This document shows positions 27,601 through 39,487 of a DNA stretch of 64,000 nucleotides, in pieces. Both the position numbers and the translations under genes were made by a program. The notes beneath the pieces are model-generated. The model was not told the origin of the DNA. It saw only the letters and a list, made by a program, of their open reading frames with translations, and searched no databases. Each line of letters starts with the position of its first letter. Position 1 is the first letter of the stretch. The DNA lies in the NCBI GenBank assembly GCA_003971905.1, contig RSEE01000014.1, positions 434,001 through 498,000 on the forward strand, read 5' to 3'. This DNA is from Moniliella sp. 'wahieum'. Its lineage: Eukaryota.

Positions 27601-28422
27601 ACATGCACCGGTGGCACTCAGAACTTCGACAGACTCACTGTATGCAGACCGTGACGTCAATACATGCCGAGGGTCACCTCCGATCCGCATTACTCTCCCT
27701 CGTACTAATGACCACGATTGAGTGCGTGGTTATTACAGGGACAGACAAGATAAGTAAGTTGCTGTGGGGCTTGTTGAAGACTACGATCCCCAACCCTTTT
27801 CTCCATGTCGAGGGGTAAGTTTTTCCGGTTCATACTTCTATCGTATTCGGTAACAGCTTTTCCCACTCTACAGTACTGTATCATTGGTAATGGTATCCAC
27901 TTGGGCCCCAGAGCGATGTAGTGTATGGTAGGATGGACAGACAGTCAATCTATGCATGATCTACGTCGTAGTCAAAGTGACCATTGAATTGCGAAACAGC
28001 ACGTGGACATACTAATCCCACCGAAGAGCATCCCCTCTCTATAAAATGTAAGCCTTTTCCTCTTGTCATATACTCAGGTACATGCTTTTTCTGTCCCTTC
28101 AGCCAAAGCATCTGTCCCTATACTAAACTTGGTCAATATGACGTGTCTGAGTATAGAACCCACAACCGGGGACAAATGAAGGTGGATACGTGGATGAGTG
28201 CAGTCTCGATGCTATGGCACAGTTGAAACACACAGAGCCATTAGAATGACGAGGTGTGTTGTGCACGGACTGAGAGAATGAGACAGTGTATAGCAAGTGC
28301 ACCCGGATTTGTTTAACCACCCATCCCTCCCTCCTAATCTGCCGTACGTCTTAACTCCTCCACCATCCTCTTCCCAATAGGTGCGGCAATTGCACAGAGC
28401 CTATTGCTTTTCTGCCACCTAT

Positions 28423-29599
28423 ATGTCTCCTTCTCGCCCTTCGGGATCCTTGCCGACCCAACAAAGCTCACAGCAAGCATGCTGCCGTCCCTCACAGGAT
28501 AACAACCTGCGCAGGCTTCCAGGTCCTTCCTCCCTTATTGCATTTTCTGCGCAGGGCCCATCCCCCGGTCTTGTCCCCAATCCTTCTCGACACAGTCACA
28601 CCCAGTCCGTACCTAACTCGGTCTTCCTCACCGACCCACGAGACCGCCCTGGATCCGGCATGGCATGAACGTGCTCAACTGTACCAGCTCGGGGTAGAGA
28701 GGGCTGGGCGCCCATCCGTTGGTGCCTTACGTCGGAGCACCTTAGATCACACCTCGTCTACACCACGCTCCACCACTACCAGTTCCTCTGGCGGGATTGG
28801 AAATCCCTCTCCCAGTTCCACTGGCTTGGCATACCGCCGACCTTCGGAACCTATCCTTGCTTCCTCCCCGGGCCGGAGGTTTGGTCCTACAGGCCTGTCC
28901 ACACCTACCACTGCCTCCGCCTCTACCTCTACCTCTATCGACGTCTCTACGTCTGCGTCTACTTCGGTTTCTACTTGCGCCTGGGTCTCTGCTTCTGCCT
29001 CGGCCTCGGCCGCGCCCCTTGCCCCTCTCCGATCAGCTCGTCGCTCTATCTCCCACGTCTCCTCCCCTCTGGGAGACTCGGTGCGATTGATTACCGACAA
29101 GAATATGTTGCGTTGGTCCATGAGTGGCAGTACCCAGCTCCCCATGCTGCGGCCTTTACCTACTCTGGAGTCCGACTCACTTGGCTTGCCCTCACCATTG
29201 CTAGGATCCGATGATGCTCTGTCCAACCCCACGCCCGAGACCGAGGCGGAGCCAGAAACAAAATTCGAACTTGGGCCCGAACCTGAGTCTACGGCCAACA
29301 GGGCAGGCCGGGTGAAACGGAAACAGGTGAGCAACGCATGTACCAATTGTCAGCGCGCTTCCAAGGGATGCAGTGCGACGCGGCCGTGTGATCGTTGCGT
29401 TCGGTTGCGCTTGAGCGACACGTGCCGCTCTTCGGTTCACAAGCGGCGCGCAGGCCCGCGTGCCGTCCTTGCCAGCCAGTCTTTCTCCGTCGCGACCGAG
29501 AGCAAGGATAATCCTCGCTCCCCCACGTACGGGCAGGCCTCTCCTCCGCCTTCTCGCCCAAGCCCCGTTGACTTTTCGGGGCCGCATCCTGGAGGGTAA
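28423..29599 (+). CDS. Zn(II)2Cys6 transcription factor with cluster near the C-terminus
   Basis: RVKRKQVSNACTNCQRASKGCSATRPCDRCVRLRLSDTC has six Cys in fungal zinc-cluster spacing; start approximate. Confidence 0.8.
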
Positions 29600-30118
29600 A
29601 CAGCCCCTTCCCTCCCCCCATCTTATTATTGTCGTCGGTATCAATTCATCTTTGTTTCTTGGCCACAGGGACGACGAGAGAGCGCACTATAGCTCATTCA
29701 AGAAACAACCCCTAACGTGCTTACACTTACTAGAGACCTGTCCTCTTCTACCTGTTTGACTTGTCTCCTGGTTCGTTTCACCTTTCTCACCGTTTCCACT
29801 AGTTGTCCCCCCTCGTCAGCCCCATTTTGGCCCGAGGTCGACGCAGGGCACCAGAAGATGAGAGGATGGCCGGTCTATGCCGCAGACGTTTTGGTCTTTG
29901 TAATGGTGGAACGAGTTGTTAGTCATTCTACAGCAGCTGTCACGAAAGAAGAACGATGCATGGACATGCACTGCACAAGAGACCAGATTTGGGGAACGAG
30001 GGGGCATGAGGATGGTTGGATGGTGGATGATGCGTCGTGATCAATGGAAGGGGGAAAGGGTGGAAGTGGGAAAGGCAAGGGAGGTGACGAGATGTGGGTG
30101 AAGGGAAGAGGCCCATCA

Positions 30119-32695
30119 TCACAGGGTGCTGCAAGCCTCGTGAACCACTGGGCCTCTAGCTCGCGTAGGGGTGCGCTGCACAAGTGCGTGAGGTAGGTAG
30201 GAAGGAATGTGCGCGGCGCGCGAGAAAACCAACAGATAAATTTGCCTACTGTGGCGACGACCAGGGATCCGCGAAATGAACAAGAGATCCACGCTTGCCT
30301 GAGCGGTAGCTTTCGGGCGGGCGAACAGAGTCGGCCGGGCACGGGGCAAGGGCACACGAGGCTGGTCTGATCGCGGAGATCCGGGTGGGGGAGGGGCAAG
30401 AGAATAGGAGCCAGCCCAGCGCGAGTGGGAACCCGAGAAAGAGGCGGTACCGTGAGAGGGTGGAACCCACTCGTCGTGTGCAGACGTGTGCGCCGATAAT
30501 GCAGTGATGGAAGAACGGGAGGCCAGATAGGCGTCCGTTCGTATCGACTCGGACATGCTCGAAAGACTCAGCGCTGAGCTGGCTCGTGAAGCTTCCGTTG
30601 GCACGGACGCGCGGGGAGCCGAGAGGGGATAACCTTCACTTGGCGGGGGACCCAGGCCAGAAAGGGGTCGACGCCTTTTGTACTCCAGCGTGTTGGCAAG
30701 CATCTCGACTGGGAGAGAGTTGCGCGCAGCAGACAAGCGTCGAGGGGGGGTATATTCCGCTGGACTAGGGAGGTCTCGGGTGAACGGGAGTTCGGGTGGA
30801 GGTAGCCCGATCGCGGTGGGCGCCCAACTGTGGCGGTGTAGAGCGAGATGAGAAAGCCCTCTAGGCAACTTATCGGGTTGGCTCCGATCCTGAGTCGGTT
30901 CCTCTTGCTTGCTTGATGTATCATCTCCTACGCCCTCATTGGCCGCCGCCGCCACCCCCTCCTCGCTGACTGCCCCCTCCTTGGGATGAACGTCGACCTC
31001 CTTTTCCTTGGGGTGGATCTCAGCCGAGGTGTCAATGCTAGCACGGCCTTCCGAGTTCGATTCCACACGGAACTCTCGGCGGCGTTTGCGCCCAGCACAA
31101 CCCTAGAAGAAGTGGAAAGAGAGAGTCAGACGCAAGCAGCAAAGTGTGGATGAACAAACGTACTTTGACGAGGATATGTCGGTTGAGCGCGTCTTTTCGA
31201 GAAAAAGGCTTGTGGCACTCGGGGCAAGCAAACGGTTTGGTCCTCAAGTGAATTCGACAGTGCCTTCGCAAGTCGTGATTTCGTACAAATGCAGCACCGC
31301 ACGAGGTACACTTGAACGGCCGTGGCGGCCCGGGAGTTGGGGCGGTAGGCTGGGCATGTGGGGGCAGCCGAGGCGGTGGTGGGCCAGCTGGGGAAGGAAT
31401 GACCCCCGCGGGTAAATTAGGGTAGCTGCTAGCCCACCCGGCATGGGCGGCAGCTGACCCGGGGTGCTGTGTGACAACTGATGAGGTCCGGGCAGAGCCG
31501 TAGGTTCGTACACAGGAGGTCCAGAATGGGCGAAATGGCGAGACTCCAAGGATGGGGGGTGAGCTTGTTGTGGGAAAGACGAACTGTGGGGCTCAGGTTC
31601 GGGCCAGCGCATCAGAGGATGTGAAGGCGTTTCAAAAGTGTGCGATGGCAGGCGAGTCGGATAGGCATGAGTAGAGGCGAGGCGAGGCGAGGTCCGAGCG
31701 GGAACAAGAGGGGAATGGGCAACAGGGATGAGATGGCCATGTGGCCCAGCAGACGATGGGGGGGCACGCCATGCATCTGGAGTGGGGCCAGAAAGAGAGG
31801 AGCGAACATGTCGATTCGCATGTGAGTTGCGGCCGGTGGAGGCAAGTGGGGGCGCATAGGCGGGAGTGTAGCTGTTGGCATATGACATTCGCCGTTGAGG
31901 GCCGATGGAGGGGATAAAGGGATAGTGGCCATCATCGCCTCCTTCATCAGTGTGTGCAGATGAGGGTGACAGGCGAGCCGAGGGAACGGGTCTAGGGGGA
32001 CGGGGGCGGACAGAGGAGGGAGACGGGACAAAGAATCGCTCGAATCACCGTACGCAGTGCTGTGCCTCCGGGGCGGCAAGGGAGGCAAGCGTCCGGAGGG
32101 CACGCCCGAAGATCCAGAAATGCTTGAGCGGGACTGGGGTTGGAAGTCAAGTCGGCGTGGGAGTGTGGCGCTTGAGAGAAGACGGACGCGAGGGGCGAGC
32201 AGAGAAGGTATAAGTTCCGAGGCCGCCGGAAGATTGTTCGGGGCTGTGCGCATGGGACGAGCGAGACGCGTGGTCGGCAAAGCCAAAACCCTGGGCTAAC
32301 GAGGGCAGACTACGATGAGGAGGCTCAGAAGGGTAGGTGTCGCGGGTGAGGCGGGGAAGAGGGGCATCAGGGTGTGGGATGGGATGGAAGAGACGGAGGC
32401 AGGGGCCGGATCGGGGAGGGAATTTTGAGCTTGACGTTGAGCTGGTGCTGGAGGGACCAAAGGCGAGGTAGAGCCAGAGCCAGAGCCAGAACCAGAGCCG
32501 GCTGGCGAGAGGGACGGCGCGCGGGGGTTGGGAACCTGAGGGTGCGCAGGGACAGGTGGGCCAGCATCGCCAGGCATTGCTACTGAAGTGGGCGAGTTGG
32601 GGGTGAGAGAAGGTGGTGGTGTCCAGCTGCGATGGGAGACGGGCTGAAGCTTGGGCCTCCGGCTCTTCTGGGCGGAGTGGGGGGTACGTGGTCAT
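30119..32695 (-). CDS. C2H2 zinc-finger transcription factor (intron 31103-31163); frameshifted
   Basis: RHCRIHLRTKPFACPECHKPFSRKDALNRHILVK/GC; GTACGT..CTGAC..TAG intron; Pro/Ser-rich flanking ORFs. Confidence 0.78.
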
Positions 32696-32882
32696 GCATC
32701 CTGGGCAATCTGTTGTGCTGGGTCCAGGTGTTCCTGCGGAGAGAGACACGCGGATTTGAGAAAGCCAGCAGGGGGACCCACCCGCACCAGCGCAGTGTCG
32801 GCGAAAAACGATGGCCTTTTATTCTCCGCTGATTTTAGCATGTAAAACGCACGCAGCATCGGCTGCGAGCGTGGGTGCGCTG

Positions 32883-33030
32883 GCCAGACAGCCTGACAGG
32901 ACAGCCAGACAAGGCCAGACAAGGCCAGACAAGGCCAGACAAGGCCAGACAGCCCGACAGCCCGACAGCTCGACAGCCCGCCCGCCAGCCCGCAGCCAGA
33001 CAGCCAGACAGCCAGACAGCCAGACAGCCA
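32883..33030. repeat. Compound minisatellite of (CCAGACAAGG)n and (CAGCCAGA)n
   Basis: Directly visible 10-bp and 8-bp tandem units. Confidence 0.85.
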
Positions 33031-33447
33031 GGTCCGCGCAAAACCAGGGCGTAGCCCAAACGAGATCCTATCACCCGCCAGCTGGTTCCCATGCTCTATC
33101 TCCGGTAGCCATCACTCATATCACACGGTACTCAGCACTCGGCAGCACCAGCACGCGTAGGATCCGCGGTACACGTCACACGCATCAGGCTGGAAGCTAC
33201 CTTCGCCCGCCACAAGCTTTCGGATGCACCCGACGACGCCACGAAGCATCCGTCTCAAAAGTTCCTGACAGAGACCGGTATTGTTTGGGCTGTAGCAGCT
33301 GTAGCCTGCTGTAGCAGGTCGTAGCAGGAGCACTATGTACATCCCGTGTAGGTGGTGCCCTGTGGTGCCATCGGGTCATGGCCTACGGGCCGGCCTGGGT
33401 CCGGGCCGGCCTCCGGGGCCACATAATAGTTCACGGTGAATCGGCGA

Positions 33448-33604
33448 TGTCAGCGCCATCATGCATGCAGCTGATCACGCATCACGCATCGCGCTGTTCT
33501 ATCCGACTCCTCTATGTTCTGCCCCTAACGGGCTCCTCTCTTGGAATAGATCCATCACCCCTCTTGTCTTCTCTTTCCGTAGGCCTTTGTCCTCGCATTT
33601 AACA
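33448..33604 (+). repeat. 5' LTR (157 bp)
   Basis: TGTCAGCGCC..CATTTAACA, repeated at 38715-38874. Confidence 0.95.
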
Positions 33605-33616
33605 GGTTATGAGCCC
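33605..33616 (+). promoter_or_regulatory. Primer-binding site for an initiator tRNA-Met half-molecule
   Basis: GGTTATGAGCCC abuts the 5' LTR and is the reverse complement of GGGCTCATAACC in the tRNAiMet anticodon arm. Confidence 0.85.
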
Positions 33617-33787
33617 ACACTATCCTCGGAGTAGGCGGAGACTACACCTCTCTCGTCTGCCCCCTGAGCCCTACTATTTTTTTCCACCTACCCCACCCCA
33701 CACGGCTGAATGCCTGGTATCCGTTCCGGAGCCGATACTGCTTTCCACCCCTTTCCAAGAAGAAGCGTAACCCGCGCGCCGAAAGCA

Positions 33788-35142
33788 TGTCTGCCGACCA
33801 TTCTCCCTGTCGAAGCTACCCATGAGGAGCCCGCAGTTTCCATTCTCGTGAGAGGCTACGAAGAGGAGCCTGCAGTTCCCCACGCCACCCCCGCCGCCCC
33901 CGAGCGTCTGGACGGTGAAGACGACCCCAAATGCCCACGATGGCACCCCCCCTCTGTCGAAGGAATCACTCCCGAAAACCAACCTAACCCACCATGAGCT
34001 CATGTTCCTGTTGCATCTTCAAGATTTACACCCCGAGTGGTCTACGGAACAGGCACAAGATGCGATTCACGACCCCCGCATTCATGCACGAATTGCTACT
34101 TGCCCGCAAGTACGCATTCAAGGTACCGCGGCGCTGACCAATTGGTTTCCCCCAGTTCGAACATTGCCCACAGCCCCAGCAGTGTTGAAACTTTCCCACC
34201 TTGGAAATCCCTTCTCATCAGACACGTTCTGTGGAGGAGGAGATGATTAGGGCGCTGGCTAAAGGAAACAGCTTACCCTCCTGGGAACTCGGAACGACGC
34301 ACTGGCTTGATTATGACTATGATACGCGCAACCAGCTCTCGGCATACCAGTTCCTGAACCTAGTCGTCAACGGCCCTCTTCCCCTGAGGAAGAGCTGATC
34401 GACAGGCGGCTCGAGCATGTCCTTTTGACCAAATGTGACTCGACCACGCAGAGTCATGTTGCCTGCGGTTCGGCCTCAGGCCTGTACCGCAAGATGTGCG
34501 AGCGCAATCGTCCCACCCAGGTCAAACTTGAGAGTGATGTCAGTTCCCGCCTGGACACACTTAAGCCTGCGGCGCATGAGACGGCGCGGAAGTTCCTTGC
34601 CCGCATCGAGCGGATCGTGGGTATGGGTGAAATGATTGGACTCCCGCTCAGCGTTCGTGCCTGGAGCGTTCTTGCCAATAGCTGCCCTGAGCCGAATCGC
34701 GTGAAGGAGCAACAGCTCCAGGGCAAGACCCGGAGCCAAGCGCTGCAGTTCTTGAACATCGAGGACACAGTGCTCGTCACCAAGGCTGTTTCCTCGCACA
34801 AGGGCAAAGGAGGGCGCGCAGAGCGCAATGGTACCTGCCGTCTTCACCCCAATGGCAGACACGCAGAGGCCCAATGCTGGTCACTGCATCCGGAGTTGAA
34901 GAACATGCCGATGTCGAGCAGCTCGAATAACTCCAATACTTCCCATTCGGCCACAGCAGTTAGTCGCTACGCCCAGGCAGGAGGAACCCCTCCGCCACCG
35001 ATGTACTCGCGCCGGCTATATGCCGACGTACTACCCCTCACCTCTGGTTTTACCAGCTCCGGCATTCCCACAGCCAACTAGCCCTACCGCGAACGCGCAA
35101 GGCCTAGCCCCCGTTTCTTTCCCGCCTCCTGATCGCCAGTAG
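33788..35142 (+). CDS. Copia gag (frameshifted; start approximate)
   Basis: CRLHPNGRHAEAQCWSLHPEL zinc knuckle (C-x2-H-x4-H-x4-C). Confidence 0.65.
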
Positions 35143-38100
35143 GAACTCGCGGCAGCCCTGTCACAGGGGTTGCCACCACCCACCACTGCGTCTGCGCTCC
35201 ACAAGCTGGTAGTTGACAGCGGCGCGACGCCGAGCATGGTCCGCTCGCCCGAGGGTTTCATTTTCCTCGAGCCTGCGACTGGGGGGTTGAGTTGGCTGGC
35301 GCGTCCAGGAAGCTTGCGGTGACAGGCTGTGGGGTGAAGCGGGTTCGACTCCCGGCTTCCACAGTCCAAACTGAATGCATCCTTGACTTGTACTGCTTGC
35401 TTGTCCCCCAGTTAGACCATGACTTACTCTCTGTACCGCAGGCAAATGCCGCTGGTCATCGAGTAGAGTTCCTTGCACACCGCCAAGGCGCTGTTATCCA
35501 TAGCGATCCCGCAATTGTTGCTCGCTACGACCGTATCGCTAATGGCTATGTGGTTGATTACCACTGCGACGTCCCCAACGTCCCCATTCAAGCCCACGCC
35601 CGTGCCGCCGTGGCCGACTATACCCGGATACTGGCTGCTCATGCCCGCCATGGTCATGTTGGTTGGCGCCAGCTTCCCCGCCTCACGGCCACGGGGCCAG
35701 TTGCGCAACGCATCACTTCCACCCAGGCCCATGCAGCCGAGGCCGACGCGGCCTGCGTTTGTCAGGCGTGCGCGGCGGGGCGGGGCACCCGACGCCCGTT
35801 CCCTGAGAGCCACACGGCACGTGCAGCTGCCCCACTGGCGCACTTGCATGCCGATCTAGTGACAGATTGGCCGACGGGGCTGAAGGGTGAGCGCAATTTA
35901 CTTGTCGTAGTCGACGACTGCACCGGCTATCTCTGGGCCATTCCGCTGGTGCGCAAGAGCGACGCTGCAATGGCACTAGCCAACTTAATTCTCCTCGAGG
36001 AGCGCCGCCTCCTCGCCCGCCACGGCGCCAGTCTTTTCCGTCTCCACACCGATGGCGGTACTGAGTTTTCCCGTGTCCCGCACCTCCTCACTGCTGCCGG
36101 TCATGCACCGATCCAGCACACCACCACCACCCCCTACACCTCCCAGCAGAATGGCCACGCCGAGCGCGCCGCTCGCACTATACAGGAGCGTACCCGCGTC
36201 CTCCTCGCCGGCGCCCGCGCACCGTCTCAGTACTGGGCCGACGCCGCTGTCGCGGCAGCTTTGTATGCCAACGTTAGTGTGTCGGCCGCATTGGGCGCCC
36301 CCTCACCATTTGAACGCTATCACGACCCCCCCTCCCACGCAGCTCTTATTTTGGGGCACCCTGGGGTGCGGCCGGCTGGTGTACTTTGTTAGGTCCCGAG
36401 CGCGGCCACCGCGCCGCGCCGCGCGCCCGCCCTGGCATGCTAGTCGGATTCGATCCGCTCGGCTCCAAGGGATACGAATTTGAGTTTATCACAGAAGACG
36501 GCCACAGCTCGTACAGGGCGTGGTGCACCGACGTCATGTGGGATCCCACAAACCCCGGGCTGGCGATACGCCAGGCCCAATCGTTGCCGGGTACGCCACC
36601 GGATGGGCTTCGCGACCGTCCGGATACACCTGGTGGGGCTGAAGTTTCCACATCTGGTGGGGCTGAAGTTTCCACACCTGGTGGGGCTGAAGTTTCCACG
36701 CCTGGTGGGGCTGAAGCTGCCCCCCGTCGCAATCCGGCTCGGGCGCGTCGCCCCCCTGATTTCTATCAACCCAAGGATGCGCATGCGCCTCCCTTGACGG
36801 ATGAGCCGCCAGCCGAGCTTGATCCCGATTGGAGCCCAACGGGCCATGCGCGCACCGCGCGTCATCCCCCTTTGTCCCACCCAATCCCCCCTACTATTAC
36901 TGTTTCTTCCCCTGATCCTGCCACCGCATCCCTTACACCAAGCCCGAAAAAGAAAGCCATTCCCCGCCGGCAACGCCGTTTCCGCATCCCTCCCCCGACT
37001 GTCGGCACCACTGCTGACGGTGTGCCCCTTGCCCCTCGGACCGAGCGTGAAGCAATGGCCACCTCTGAGTGGCCCCAGTGGCGCCAGGCCGAACACATTG
37101 AGCTTGACGGGCTCAGATCCATGGATGCCTTTGAAGAAGTGCCACGCCCTCCGGCCGGAACGAAGATCTTGGGTGCCCGCACCGTCTACAGTGTTGGCGT
37201 CACCCCAGAGAATATGTTCCTCAAACGGAAAGCCCGTATTGTGGTTCAAGGAAACCAGGAGGATACAAGTGAGTTGCCCAAGGCCCTCACATTCTCGAGT
37301 GGCGCAGCACATCAGTCTTTTCGCACCGTAGCCGTGGGAGGTAAAGCGCAAGGCCTCCAGGCATATTATTTTGACTGCAAGAGTGCATATCTCCATGCAC
37401 CCATTCCCTATGAGGTATACGTTAAGCCTCCCGATCGTTTTCTCACCGACAAAGCAAACGTTTGGCGACTCAAGAAGTCCCTCTATGGCCTTGCAGCCTC
37501 CGGCGCTGCGTGGCACCGCCACCTCGCCAGCAAGCTACGAGATATTGGTTTCCGCTCGACGGTAACAGAACAGGACGTATGGATACGCAAACGAGCGAAT
37601 ACGACCATCATGCTCGCAATATACTGTGATGACGGAATGGCCATGGCCCCGTCCCAAGCTGCTTTTGACGCATTCATGGACGAACTCGGTCTCAACATCA
37701 AGATTGGCGACAAGGGTCCTCTCAGTAAGATGCTGGGTGTGCACTATGTTACTCGCCCTGATGGTTTTGACTGCGACCAGCGTGCATTTCTGTTAGCTTT
37801 ACTCGCCCGCACCGACATGCTCGAGTGCAACCCTGTTCGTTTGCCTATCAATCCTGATACACCTCTCCCGCCACGTCCACCAGACGAAGCTCCTGCCACT
37901 GTCGCCGAGCAATAAGCGCTATATGTCGATTGTGCAGAGCCTCAGCTGGGCCGCGCAGACCTGCCGGCCCGACCTGTCATTTGTCGTACATCTTCTCAGT
38001 CGTTGGAACAAGGATCCCTCTGCTGCACACCGCAGCGCCGCACAACATGTCCTGCGCTACCTCCGTGGTACATTGGATTGGTCTCTGCGTCTCAGGATCA

Positions 38101-38648
38101 ATCGAACGGCACCTCCTATTGCCGTATTTACCGATAGCGATTGGGGCGGCGACAAGGTCACACGCAAGTCGGTAACAGGGGTCGCTGTGTTTGTTTTTGG
38201 CGCCCTAGTGCACTGGCGCAGCGCCCAGCAGACCACTACGGCAATGTCGACCGCTGAAGCTGAGATGATGGCTATTAGTGAGGGCGCCCGCGACGCTCTC
38301 CGCATTCGTAACCTCATGGTCGAGCTTCAACTAGTACCTTCCAACTGTCCGGTGGATCTCTATAGCGACTCGGCTGTTGCCCTGTCAATTATCTCTCGCC
38401 CTGGTTTCATTGGACGCCTTCGTCATATGGACATTCGCAACCATTGGTTCCGCGAGCATGTCGATTCGGGGCGCATTTTGTGGCACAAGGTTCTTGGAAC
38501 CGAGAACCCCGCGAATGATTTTACCAAGCTCCTACCGTATACGGTTCAACGCTCCAGTGTAGGTCGCTACCTCACGCTCACGCCGGATCCTGGTGGGGCT
38601 GAGGAGACTTCCCGCATCAAGCCCATTTTCGGCTCAGATTCCTCCTAG
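35143..38648 (+). CDS. Copia pol: protease, integrase, RT, RNase H (several single-base frameshifts)
   Basis: LVVDSGAT protease; HARHGH..CQAC, HADL, LHTDGGTEF, TPYTSQQNGHAER integrase; KARIVVQG, LKKSLYGL, IYCDD RT; FTDSDWGG, STAEAE, RHMDIR RNase H. Confidence 0.92.
36629..36717 (+). repeat. About four 24-bp tandem repeats within pol, encoding (T/S)PGGAEVS-like units
   Basis: CCTGGTGGGGCTGAAGTTTCCACA units. Confidence 0.92.
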
Positions 38649-38714
38649 CCAGCTGGCTCTTGATTTGTCACTCTTCCAATCTCGTCGGATCCTAGCGTCG
38701 AGTCGTGGTGGGGC

Positions 38715-38874
38715 TGTCAGCGCCATCATGCATGCAGCTGATCACGCATCACGCATCGCGCTGTTCTATCCGACTCTCCTCTATGTTCTGCCCCTAACGG
38801 GCTCCTCTCTGGAATAGATCCATCACCTCCCTCTGTCTTCTTCTTTCCGTAGGCCTTTGTCCTCGCATTTAACA
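38715..38874 (+). repeat. 3' LTR (160 bp), preceded by PPT-like GTGGTGGGGC
   Basis: Near-identical to the 5' LTR; followed by TSD GGCGA. Confidence 0.95.
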
Positions 38875-39487
38875 GGCGAGGCCGCCGGTTACCTTGACCA
38901 GTCTGCATGGCACCATCGTGGCTGCAGCGCCCGGAGCAGTAGCCCGTAAACAGCCCGGAACAGCCCGTAACATGTAACACGTTCACACGTTCACAAGAAC
39001 GTTCCCCGTTCTATGCCCCTCGCCACAATCCCACTGGCACACACTGGTGTGCGTCTAAGATCTAAGGACAGCCCACCACATAACCGCAAGCTGCGAAGTC
39101 TTTGTAGCTCCCTCGTGCAATGCAACTAACACACCATCAACTGCCTGCTCTATTGTCTTCTACCGCTCAGGCGGAAGCTAATGGGCGAACAGTTCAACCC
39201 GGCGCTTTACGAAGCGCACCGAAGACATGCTGGAACGTGAAGCTCTTGCACTTGAAGATGTGCGCTCTTCGAGCTTTGTGCTTTTTGAGCTTTGAGCTTG
39301 GAGCTTTGGACTTTGCGGCTCAAGCAGCACGTGACAGAGGGAATCATTTCATTTCTTTTGTTAGTGCCAGTTGCAGTGCTGCCAGTGTCCACCCAACCTT
39401 TCAAAAGTTTCGTTCCCGCTTGCGCTTCCGTGCCCAAACACCGCGTCGATTGCCGTCCGCGTCGCCTTAGAGTGCGAGCTCACCATC

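Larger units (their letters stand above)
33448..38874 (+). mobile_element. Full-length Ty1/copia LTR retrotransposon with 5-bp TSD GGCGA (33443-33447 and 38875-38879)
   Basis: Paired TG..CA LTRs, primer-binding site, gag zinc knuckle, then protease, integrase, RT, RNase H in copia order. Confidence 0.97.

Noticed and set aside
25000..28350. Short ORFs in a long intergenic stretch
   Set aside because: No supportable gene, RNA or repeat identified by eye
36629..36717. CRISPR-like array
   Set aside because: Head-to-tail units without unique spacers, inside a retrotransposon ORF in a eukaryote
37913..37915. TAA inside copia RT as a second readthrough site
   Set aside because: The downstream sequence continues in a different frame; one extra A explains it
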